From Paragordius varius (lineage: Eukaryota > Animalia > Nematomorpha): a stretch of DNA of 64,000 nucleotides. Numbering within the stretch: the stretch's first letter is position 1; each line of letters opens with the position of its first letter. Position numbers and translations under genes: made by a program. The notes beneath the pieces were generated by a model, which saw nothing but the letters and a program-made list of their open reading frames with translations, ran no database searches and was not told where the DNA came from. Shown here in pieces: positions 1-11,499 of this stretch. The stretch lies in the NCBI GenBank assembly GCA_964247055.1, contig OZ176057.1, positions 124,001-188,000 on the forward strand. Direction: 5' to 3'.

Positions 1-3000
1 GTAATTAATGGACGGAAAGGAACGCCTAAATCTCCACCCGCTATAACGGTCATTAATCGCAAAAATTATTTTGGCGGCGCAAATAAACTGGACAAATCGG
101 GTGATGACGAAGCAAACAACAACTGTCAAGACGACATCCCATGGGTTCGAATAATTAGCAATGGGTTTCTTTCATGTCCCATACAAGCACATTTAGAGGG
201 ACACAGGTAGGTTGTTGTTTAATTTATTATAAAGAAAACTTTACGTTTGTCAAAGATTACTTGTAGTAATCGAATATTCACTATAAATTCATATAATTTT
301 AGCTGAATTATAATTGCAATATAATAATAACGAGATGATTTAGTTTAAAATAAAAAATTAGTATGATACAGACGCCAAATAATTAACTTACACGGTGTAT
401 CTAATATTTATTTCATCATTCATTAATGTTTTTTGACAATTTTTGCAGTTTGGGTACGCTAATTTTTTTCTGATCAAATATAGGCTCAAATTAATTGCTT
501 TGGATGGGATTGAGTTGAAGGATTCTCCAATATTTGATATATTAACCATATTCCCGGGTGAGCGATTAGATGTCCAACTGATTCAAACTGATTTCCCTGC
601 CAGAGAACAACGACCGCCAAGCGTAGAATGGGAAAGTTTTGCATTGCATTGGATTTCTCATGGCGATTGCCTTGTTAAAGGTATTCATGCAAATGCAACA
701 TCATACATCGTTTATCGAAACCAGGATATCACAAATAGCCTTAGTAAACAAGTAGTAGATGATGACTATGAGGATTGTAATGGAGAAATCATGACAGCAA
801 CAGCAACAAGTCCACAAAACAATTTTGATCAACTTTTACAGAGTGTTATGGAAATGAATTTGAACCCGTCCAACATACCCAATAAGGCGTTTGATTGGCA
901 AGTTGCGCTGAATACATCAATAGTATATATATACAATTTACAATTAAAATTCACCCACAAATTCAAATTCACCCTTGAACAATTCAAATTCACCCTATTT
1001 CAGGCTAATATACCTTAATATTAAATATATCTTAATGGCATATTTCATTTTTTTTTCAGTATTATTTTATCTAAACAAAATTTTATTTTTAAAAAATATA
1101 TAAAATATAAGTAATTTTTATTTTAAAAAACAATTCGAATTGTTCGAGGGTGGAATTTTTGGAGGGTGAAATTGAATTGTTTAAGGGTGAATTGGACCTG
1201 CAAATGGCAACTTATTTTATCTATAGTAATTACTTTACATTACATCTTTTGTAGATTTTTAACCCAACACATATGGAAGATTTTAATCAAAATGACCGAT
1301 ATATCCGATTAAATGACATACAGCCTCTCGAAAAAACGAAAATAATTTATGATAATATAGGGTCTCTTTCAAATTTGGCGCAAGATACGCTTGTGGTGGA
1401 CCATAAAATATTTTTGTTTGTGGATAGTCCAATCATATATGAGAGTAAGATTGTATCTTGACATATTAATATTTCTTATGAATGATAATCATTCATTTTA
1501 TAGTAATATCGCTTTTATTTTAATTAACACAGACATGCCGATTTTCAATAACATTTCATATCGGGCTCCAAGTCACCCGCTCTTGACACAATTTTCCCAA
1601 ATCGATAAAGAGCAATTCTGTAATTACGAGACTCACCCGCATTGCAAATATGAATTCTGCGCCTGTACTCACCTGTACAACATACCGCTAGGGTCAGTTA
1701 TTGAGCTCATATTAATAGACGAAGGTAAAACCATCATTTAAAGGCATTGATTATTTTCTGTTTATGGCTACATATATAAAGGCGTATTTGTATATCTTTT
1801 AGGGCTAAATGGTGAATATGATATCCATTCAGTGCATTTACATGGCAGCTATTTCATCGTTTTGGCTCAACAAAAAATGGGTCCCAATGTCACTATTGAA
1901 AGGGTTACTTATTTATTTTCAATCATTCAATCATAATCAAAATAAAAATAATCTTTTAATGATTCTCAATATATTTCAGGGCTGGGAGCCGGTTCTAAAT
2001 GTTAAGGGCCGGTTCCGGAACAACTAAATTTTTAGAGAACCAACGGGGTTCCGGTTCCAATTGTTCAAGAATCACCCCGGTTCCGGTTAAAAACCAACGC
2101 TGTTCTAGGTTCCACTTGCTCAGGAACCGACCCGGTTCCAGTTCCACTTTTTTTGAACCGGTTTCAAGCCCTGATATATTTTGCGGATTTCACGGGGCTT
2201 GCGAGTCGCAGAATAGGCTTTAAACTAATCTAATCAATATATTTATCTATCTTAATACTCTAATTTAAAATATATTGGGTAAAATAATACGCTCTTGGTG
2301 AGAATGAAACAAATTTTTGTTTTCATGACTGTTTAATCACAGAATACCGATAATGACGTACCATTTGAGGACGTCTAAATAGGTGTTTCATTTTAACTTT
2401 GAAATTAATAAATTTTTTTTTCCACAGATAAAGTTGTTGGATGAGAATGGGAAACTAAGGCGCAACTATAGGCATTACAGTGTGAAGGATTCAGTTTCAA
2501 TCCCAGAAGGTGGCTACACTATTGTGCGCTTTAGGGCCGACAATCCAGGTTTCTTTTTTCTTTTATGCAACATTTATAACAATGTGAATTTTGCTGTATT
2601 ACAAATAAACTTTGTAAAATTTGACTAAATGGTTTTAATTCAAAAAAATAATTTAAATATAAAATTGAGTGTATATCCGATTCTCTTTTTATTATTTAGC
2701 AATTCAAAACGATAGGTTTAATTAAATCAAGTATAAAAGTGTGGGTGCTTTATAAAAAATGTTTGTCATTTAGCTTTTATGTTTTGTCTTTATGATTTCT
2801 ATTTTTCCTGTATCTCCTACAAAGACCTGTTTGAAAACTTGCATAATTATAAATCATTACAGGGTGGGGTTGAACACAGAAACTAATTCAATTAATGGGT
2901 GCATTTATAAGTCCCTAAAAAATATCGTATTTTAAATATAGGCTGAGAATTCTCAGGAAATTGTTTTCAAGCTGATATCATAATAAATAACTATTATCGT

Positions 3001-3202
3001 AATTTTAATAGGAAAATTCGGAATTTGTTATATTTATGTTTTTGATTTAGGCTTTTGGATGTTTCACTGTCATTTGCACTTTCATTTGTTCCAAGGAATG
3101 GCTGTCGTTTTCCAAATAGGAAATATCACTCAAATGAGACCAACGCCCTCTAATTTTCCTCAATGTGGTCCCTGGCTTTCATCTTATCCAACTCATCTTT
3201 AA
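1..3202 (+). CDS. Multicopper oxidase (laccase-like) copy A1, 3' part; exons 1-206, 484-922, 1255-1444, 1533-1724, 1803-1903, 2428-2548, 3051-3202; 5' exons lie upstream of the window
   Basis: GT-AG introns with consistent phases give an uninterrupted frame. Motifs: CACTHLYNIPLGSVIELILIDE, HSVHLHG (Cu motif III), KDSVSIPEGGYTIVRFRADNPG, FWMFHCHLHFHLFQGM (motif IV with axial Met). Stop TAA at 3200-3202. Confidence 0.92.
942..1200. repeat. Foldback-like intronic element: ~21-bp tandem units (AATTCAAATTCACCCTTGAAC) at ~942-996 and inverted units at ~1132-1200; paralogous copy at ~16252-16555 has more units
   Basis: Direct reading; the inverted arm reads GGGTGAAATTGAATTGTTTAAGGGTGAATT. Confidence 0.6.
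1977..2173. mobile_element. Non-autonomous hAT MITE (197 bp) in an MCO A1 intron
   Basis: TIR CAGGGCT...AGCCCTG; perfect 8-bp TSD ATATATTT (1969-1976 and 2174-2181); absent at the paralogous site near 17522-17535. Confidence 0.88.
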
Positions 3203-3747
3203 AATTCTAAAATAACCGTCATAATTTGTAAATTTTGTACAATTGTGAATAAACTTGTGATATATATATATATCTATTATATTTATTTGATTTGTAAGTT
3301 TTGTTTGAGCACTTAAGATTTAAAAATATTTTTAAGTTAATTGGTAAATTAACGTTATAGCTTTTTTGCTTTTATTTGTGTTCCTTAGAAATTCGAAATA
3401 TTATCATTTATTGGTAATGGATGGATTGATTGAGTTATCACATGTCTGATGAGACGGATATTTGTATAACATTGTATGACAAAATATATGGGCTCATTAA
3501 TAAACATAAAATGTGCATATTTTGTGTCTCTTTCAAAATGAGATGACAATGCGACAAAATTAAAAGTAATACTTAATAAATAAAAAACCATTTAGACCAC
3601 ATATGTAATGTAATTAAACCTATTAAATGAAGTATAATTGTTAAATAATATGAGTGTAATTTGTAAACTTTTCTCAAAATAATTAAACAAAAATTATCCA
3701 ATCATGGAGGTAATGTAGGCTTATTCATATAATGTTCTAAGGTCGAA

Positions 3748-4645
3748 AACTCCATCTATCCTAATACTGAAAAGGGTGGTTTCGGTGGCGGATGTATGTA
3801 AACTCAATATACGAATATCCACTAAGACAGTTGCATCAATCAGGTCCAAGTCGTACAAAAAATCGTCCGGCAAAATCTGTTCAAATTGGTTCTCAGCCAA
3901 ATCAACCACCATTCTTAACTCCATCTATCCTAATACTGAAAAGGGGTGGTTTCGGTGGCAAATGGATGTAAACTCAATATACGAATATCCATTAAGACAG
4001 TTGCATCAATCAGGTCCAAGTCTTACAAAAAACCGTCCGGCAAAATCTGTTCAAATTGGTTCTCAACCAAATCAACCAACCTTCTTAACTCCATCTAACC
4101 TAATACTGAAAAGGGGTGGTTTCTGAGACGGATGGATGTAAACTCTATATACGATAATCCATTAACACAGTTACATCCAAATCAGTTGTCAACATTCCTA
4201 ACTCCATCTATCCTAATACTGAAAAGGGGTGGTTTCGGTGGCGGATGGATGCAAACTTAATATACGAATATCCATTAAGACAGTTGCATCAATCAGATCC
4301 AAGTCTTACAAAAAACCGTCCGGCAAATTCTGTTCAAATTGGTCAACCAAATCAACCAACCTTCTTAACTCCATCTAACCTAATACTGAAAAGGGGTGGT
4401 TTCGGAGACGGATGGATATAAACTCTATATACGATAATCCATTAACACAGTTACATCCAAATCAGTTGTCCAACATTCCTAACTCCATCTATCCTAATAC
4501 TGAAAAGGGGTGGTTTCGGTGACGGATGGATGTAAACTTAATATACGATAATCCATTAACACAGTTACATCCAAATCAGTTGTCCAACATTCCTAACTCC
4601 ATCTATCCTAATACTGAAAAGCGGTGGTTTCGGTGACGGATGGAT
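3748..4645 (+). repeat. Small array of the 170-bp satellite, mixing ~168-170-bp and ~114-bp deletion-variant monomers
   Basis: The marker AACTCCATCTA recurs at ~3748, 3917, 4087, 4200, 4367, 4481 and 4595. Confidence 0.95.
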
Positions 4646-5711
4646 CCAAATCATAATAAGATTATCTATGTATACCAACATCAAAAACATCTAATGCTTT
4701 AAGACATTTTCCTTTTCATATAAATCCAATACAGCTCTCTCACTGTAAATACTTATTTACAAAAAAATTTTGTTATAACTATTATTTAATTAATGTTTTA
4801 TTATTTAAACCCCCAAAAATGGGGTCACTATATCATCAAAAAATAAATAATATAATCATATATAATATATTGAGATATGGTGTGGTTATTTTTACAATCT
4901 ATTTTTCGTGTCTTGTCAAAAATCAATTAGAGGAGATAGCGATTCCGTTACCCTTAATTTTTTAAAACACTAATATTTTATACAACCAACATCAAAGTTA
5001 TTGGCAAGATTTAATTTAAAAATTAAAACTAAAACCCTCTTGTGTTGATTACACCTCTACATATTTCTTAAAAATTAAAATATAGACAAAACGGAAAAAC
5101 TTAAATTTTTCAATATAAGAATATCCATATTTGTTACAACAGGGTTGTCCACTCTATTCAGTATTAACCAGCTCTAAAAAATTTTAATACATATAAAATT
5201 GAATTTCAATCAAAATTTAAGGTTTTTTAGATGATATATAATTAAGGTGACCAGATGTCCCGCTTTTTCACGATTATGTAAAAAAAATTTTTTTTTTAAT
5301 ACAACAAATAAATTTTTTTTATCCGTTTAAATTATTTATCATTAAATATCTTTAAAATCTATATAAATTTCAAATTAAAATTTTTTATTTTTAAATTAAA
5401 AATATTTATTTTTTTCGAATTTATATTATATGATTATTTACTTTCCTTCCTAATACTACTGTCATTATTATCAAAAAGCCAAATTAATACCACAAATCTC
5501 TAGATTAAAAGACAAACACAAATCGGTACCTTACACATTTATTCCAGAAAATTAAGGTAATATAATATTTATTATACTAATATTTTAGTTTTATTACTTG
5601 CCAACATTATTAAAAAGCCAAATTAATACCACAAATCGGTAGCTTAAAAGACAAATTGATACCACAAATTGGTACCTTACACGTTTATTTCACTAATAGT
5701 AGTTTTTAAAT

Positions 5712-7552
5712 ATGAGCACAAAAAGAGGTTGTAAATTCAACGATGAATTAATGAAAGATTTTCCTTATATTAAAAAACGAAGAATGAATCATCTGTTAAA
5801 TATCTTATATGCGAGGGGGAATTCCTAGTACATAGCGGCAAGCATGATATTACAAAGCATATGGAAACACAGAAACATAAAAAATGTTTAGATATGGTGG
5901 CAACATCTTACAAAATGAGCGATTTTTTTCGAAAAACCGCTTTTGGAGAGGAAGAAAAGAATTTGGCACTAGCTGAGGGCGTGTTATCTTTTCACGCCGT
6001 TAATCACAATCATTCCTTTAGATCTATGGACTGTACCTCATAGGTTATTCGCACGTTATTCCATAAAAAATTTACATGTGCCCGTACACAGGCTGAAGCC
6101 ATTGTGTGCAATGTCCTTTCGCCACATGCATTTTATGAAATACAAAAAGATTTGCTAAAAATTAATTTCTTATCCCTATACTCTGATGCATCAAATCACC
6201 ATCAAACAAAATTATTTCCCACTTTAATAAGATATTTTGATTCAGAAACCGGAATAAAAATTAAAATTTTAGATTTAATTTCTCTACCCGGTGAAAACTC
6301 CGAAATAATATATACCTCAATAATGAATATTCTAGAAAAAAATAATTTAAAAGACAAAATTATCGCCATATTGCGCTGACAACACCAATACGAACTTTGG
6401 TGGAAAAGCAAGGAGGGGAACAAAAAATATTTTTCATAAATTAACACATAATCTTAATCAAAACATTATTGTCTGTGCAGCGCATATAATACACAACGCT
6501 ATTCAAACAGCTACTGATTTGTTACCCCTAGATGTGGAAAATGTAGTTGTTAAAATATATTCCTATTTTTATATATACATGGTACGTGTTGAAACCCTTA
6601 AAGAATTCTGTGAAAAGGCAGAAGTTCAATATCAAAAAATGCTTGGATATTGCAAAGTTGGTTAGCTTTTATGCCAGCTATCGAATATGATCCTTTAAAA
6701 AAATTTTTTATCACAGGACAAATGTCCTACAACTTTAAAAGAGTTTTTTGAAAGGGATTCTTCAAAAATATGGTTAGAATTCTTACATAATCAAGCTTCT
6801 CTCTTTCAAAATAGTGTTAAAATATAGAGAAGGTGACAAAATTTCGGCAATCGAAGTAGCCAATGAAGTTAGTAACCTAAAATTCCAATGTCAAGAACGG
6901 TTAGAAAATATTTTTATACCATTAACCATCCGTAATATAATAAATAATTTAGAAAAACAAGGCTTAATAAATCCCCAAGATATCGTGTACCATATAAAAA
7001 TGTTATATACAAACAGTAAAGATTATTTGGAAGACTGGACGACGCAATTCAATGAAATTGATCATTTTCATTGGATTACATTAAAATCAGAATTTAATTG
7101 GTGCGATGTTCAAAAATCATTTGATTATATCTGCTCCCAAAAATTCTCAAAAAGTAATCTTTCAGAAAATGACTTTTTTCTGAAGTATCATTGGTTAAAA
7201 GATATATTAATAATGAAAATAAATTATGGACAAAAGAAAAATATACAGTAGAAAAAAATGGTTGGAAATATTTCATCATTTTGAAGCCAACTATATTACA
7301 TACAATAATATTTTAAAAATTGTGGAATTCGCACTATCTTTAGCTGGAACCAACGCTGCTACTGAGCGCGTTTTTTCCACAGTAAATCAGGTGTGGACAT
7401 CGGAAAAATAAATTTAAATGTTGAAACTTTAAACGCCGTTTTATCTGTCAAATATAATTTGACAAATTGTTGTGAAGACTTCTACAATATTTTAAAAATG
7501 ATGACAATCTGCTAAAACGCATTCACTCAAACAAAAAATATACCAAAGAATA
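5712..7552 (+). pseudogene. hAT transposase, fragmented by stops and frameshifts
   Basis: Fragments MSTKRGCKFND, HFRSMDC-like HSFRSMDC, SLYSDASNH, DNTNTNFGG, CAAHIIHN and the dimerisation-domain motif SLAGTNAATERVFS. Confidence 0.9.
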
Positions 7553-7596
7553 AAATATTTTCTTTAAAGTTTTTGTGTTAAAAAATAAACAAAATT

Positions 7597-8420
7597 ACTT
7601 AAAATATTGTATAAGTCTTCATAATTTGTCAAATTATATTTGAACACATAAAATGGCTTTTATTCAACATTTAAATTTGATTCCGTGTCCTTACTTAATT
7701 TACTGTGGAAAAACCCGTTCAATAGGAGTGGTTCAGGTAAAGATAATGCAAATTCTACAATTAAAATATTATTGTATGGAACATAAATTGTTTAAAAATG
7801 ATTATTTTAACTATTTCTATCCTACGTATTTTTTTTGTTGTCCATAATATAAGTTTTCATTCAATATATTTATTTAATAATGAGACTTCATAAAAAAGTG
7901 TCATTGTGCACCGTCTTGTCTTCCAAATAATCGTTTCTGTTTGTATAAAATTTTTTTATAATCTGGCTATTAATTGAGCCTTGTTTTTCTGGATGCTTTA
8001 TAATATTGCGATTAGATTATAAAATTATTTTCTAACCTTTTTTGACTTGGAATTTTGACCATTGTCCTATGATAAAAAATAGGATTCTAGGAGATCACAT
8101 TTTTATAAATATTTCAATCGCTGGCAAAAGAGCTAACCAACAGTTCTACAATATCCGAGCATTTTAACATCTATATTTTCCACATCCAGGGGTAACAAAT
8201 CATTAGCTGTTTGAGTAGCGTTGTGTATCTGCCAATAATGTTTTGATTAGATTATTCGCTAAATTGTTAAAAATATTTTTTGTGTCGCTTCTTGCATCAC
8301 CCAGCGCACTTTGTGATGATTTCGTCTTTATTATTTTTTTCTAGAATATTACAATCACTTCACCCTTTGTTTCTGCACATGTAAATTTATTGAATATGGT
8401 GCAAACAACCTGTGAAGTAC
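7597..8420 (-). pseudogene. Inverted, internally deleted, diverged copy of the same hAT transposase region (homologous to ~6033-7497)
   Basis: The reverse complement matches in blocks, e.g. GATTTGTTACCCCT.GATGTGGAAAAT, GATTATTTGGAAGAC, TTTTTCCACAGTAAAT, CAAATATAATTTGACAAATT. Confidence 0.85.
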
Positions 8421-8816
8421 AAATATTTTTATATTTATAATGTATTTGTGTTAAAAATAAATAAAGTTGCCCCCAATAACCCTCCCTTCTCAGATTTGTC
8501 CCGCTTTTTCCTTCAAAAAATCTGGTCACCTTATATATAATCCAAAATTGAGCTCAAAATCGAACAAAAATTATTATGTAAAGCAGCCGCAATGATATTT
8601 GTGTTGCCCTGTGATAGAGCTTTATTTTGAATTAATATGCTAATATATATATATATATATATATATATGCGTTAGTTATATTATAGTAATTGTGATCATG
8701 CAAATAGTTATATTCATATGTGTAAATTCAATAATATTTGGCTGTATATTAATTATATTTCAAGAGCCTTAAACATTTCAAGTTGGTCCTTATTTTTGTT
8801 TTGTTTTTAACCATTA

Positions 8817-9613
8817 CACTGGACAACAAATCGCCACTAGAGATTTTTGCATATTCTGATATTTACTATCAGTTTAACAATAAATTCGAAATAAAAATAT
8901 AATTTCACCTAAGAATTTTGATTGATTTTTTTCGATGAAGCGTCCTCTTTATCAAAATTTTACTAAAAAATGTTTTCCTTTAAAAACATACAAATGCCCA
9001 ATTTTAATTCATGATTCGAAAGAGTAGTAAAAACTCTATAAAACGCATACTAATATGTTTTACATCGATAGCTAATATTGGACATAGGAAGCTACAAACG
9101 CGCGAAGCGAGAGCGTTTTCCTTAATTATTATATTTTTACTAAGGGATGAAAATAGATACTTGGTATAGATTATAAATGTCCAAAAGATACAACAAGAAT
9201 GTTTTTTTATTAAAACACTTATTTGTTGCTTTTATGTCATTCAAAACTTTAGTTTTTGCGATTTTTAAGACAAGGTAATTTTGATCATTTTAACGATTAT
9301 GTAATAAATTTACAGTTATAAATATGGATTTTAATATCCACTAAGTAAAATAATTTTGATGATAATAATTTAAAAAAGCAAACCAAAAGTTCAAAATTCT
9401 TTTCATAAATTTTGTACTAATGTAACCCTAACAATTTTAATGTCAAAAATATTTATAAGTTTTATGCTATATCGGAGCCAAATCGATAAATCCTAATAAA
9501 TGAAAATTTTTAGGTCTTAAGCCATTTTTTCAGATCTACTCTTTAGGTATTTTAATGAATTGGATTTTAAATTTACAAGAATGGCACTTAAAAAAGTCAA
9601 ATGGTGTCTAGTG
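8817..9613 (+). mobile_element. Chapaev3/CMC-like non-autonomous element, copy A
   Basis: Termini CACTGGACAAC...TGTCTAGTG with TTA on both sides; internally homologous to 50482-51600. Confidence 0.75.
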
Positions 9614-11499
9614 TTATCAATCAAATCGTGTATATTCATCTGTTTTATTAATTTTAATCTATTATTTGATATCAACTTTAGATCGCTATCGACTTTTAAT
9701 TATTCTAATACCATAATTTTATTGATTTCTTCAAAATTTTTTAAATATTTATAGATTTTAACATTTATAAAATATATATGTTGTTTGTATTATTTAATTC
9801 GAAATTTTTATTAAAGACATTTATAAGTTAATAATTTTCTTAAATTGAAAAAAATTAGTTGAATTAAAAAAATTATTTTTTTAAAAAATATATAATAAAA
9901 AAATGAGGTTAAAAAAATAATAAAAAAAACATAAATTGAGGGCCAACTTGAAGGGACTAACTTGAAGTGTTTAAGGACCAAAGTGAAGTGTTTAAGGACA
10001 CTCTTTAAGTTTAAATGGTATATATGCAAATCTGTTTTAACATACAACTTTTATTAGTACCCATAACGGCACATGAATTATTATAATCTTTTATGTTTAG
10101 TTGTTTAAAAATTAACTCTATTGACTTTTTACCTTTATCGTTTGGTTTCTCTAAACGACATTTCTTTAATTATTTTATTTGAAACATTTTAGTGACATTT
10201 GCATAGTTGGATATTATCTTATTTTTAAAAACGTAAATATCGTAAAATAACTTTATTACAATAAATTACTATCATATTAATTCTACTAAATATTAAATCT
10301 AATAATTAACAAATTTTAAAAAATAAAAATTATTTATTACTAATTTTTGTTAGGTATATTATTTGGGTAAATTTTATATTTGAATTAAGTAAGGTGAGAT
10401 GGGCTTAAATGAGTTTTCATGTCTGAGCTTTGAATTTTTTCTTCGTGAAACCCAAAACAATGACATAAAATACAGTAAAATAATGGATAAAGGTCCTAAA
10501 AAGCCTAATTATCTAATTACATGATTGCAATTTGGATATATGAAAACAAAAGGGTAAGAGCAAGAATAATATTAAAGTAATATAGTTACTTGTCTTTATG
10601 AAAACTTTTAATTTTTTATGTTTCTTTATAATTTCATTTTTACTTATAAATATATAGTAAAAATTGGGAATGTACAGAAAAAAAGGTCTTTCAACAAGAC
10701 AAATATCCCATTTAAAAGACTGCAATATTTAGAGTAAAAATTGAATTTATAGGGACATAAAATATAAAGCAAATTTTATTAAAAAGCAACGCCATTCTTT
10801 TTAAACCATAATTTATCCTATAAAAATAGATAATTAATTATGTTACCCATTTACATTTCTATATTATAATTTGTAGTTTAAAACAATGAGTTATATTCAA
10901 AAAATTAAAATTAAAAAAGTATGGTTGTCTTTTAGATAAAAATATTTGTCTTTATATTTGCATTAAAATCAGTTGTCCAAGTCTACCGAATTTTATATAT
11001 TTCTCAAAATTCAAATTATACAGAACACTCAAAAACTAAAATTTAATAAAGATAAACATATTTTTAAAACCATATAACTCACAGTATTGTATTACACGAA
11101 TTAAGATGCAAGTATTAATTATCAACTTGTATATTTAAAAATATTAATTAAATGGTTTATGAGGGCATTATCAAGGTTTAAGAAGGTATAATTTTTTAAT
11201 AAAAAAAATATTTTTTTACAATTTTTATAGGATAAAGAGCGACATCTATAAATTTTATAAAATATTAATGTATATAAAAAAATAAATTTCGTTTATAATT
11301 GTATAAACTGCATCAGATAAAGGCTGAGACAAAAATAAACTAAAAATAATATAAAAGTTAATTTTATTTATAAAGTTTTAATTCCAATTGATTTGTTTAT
11401 ATATATGGTCTTTTGAGGTTTAACGTGATTTATCTCTGTCAGAACTACCGAGTAATCCCTATCACCAATAAACTATATAAACTACTTCTCAAGAAGCTG

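Larger units (their letters stand above)
1..3748 (+). repeat. Segmental duplication, paralogous to 15316-18941 (MCO A plus 3' tail of MCO B)
   Basis: Exons and introns are colinear with an offset of ~15.2-15.4 kb. Homology ends at CTAAGGTCGAAA (3748 vs 18941), where this copy runs into satellite. Confidence 0.93.
5243..8533 (+). mobile_element. hAT DNA transposon (Blackjack-like termini), defective
   Basis: 14-bp TIR TAAGGTGACCAGAT / ATCTGGTCACCTTA; perfect 8-bp TSD TATATAAT (5235-5242 and 8534-8541); empty site TGTATCAT at 40731-40738; subterminal GTCCCGCTTTTT motifs; ~140-bp direct repeat at ~5460-5690. Confidence 0.95.
4646..8613 (+). repeat. Unique 3' flank F of the satellite, copy 1 (4646-5242 plus 8534-8613, split by the hAT); homologous to 40130-40774
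   Basis: Both arrays end at CGGATGGAT|CCAAAT and continue into the same ~600-bp sequence (CATCTAATGCTTTAAGACATTTTCC ... CCAAAATTGAGCTCAAAAT). Confidence 0.88.

Noticed and set aside
443-1018. ORF-track proteins 443-1018 and 15755-16381 as stand-alone genes
   Set aside because: They are single MCO exons extended into intron sequence; the EQFKFTL repeats come from the intronic 21-bp repeat.
9560-11000. Short AT-rich ORFs here and in 41171-43633, 47644-47835 and 50568-54219
   Set aside because: Low-complexity F/I/K/L/N translations of MITE or intergenic DNA with no family motifs.
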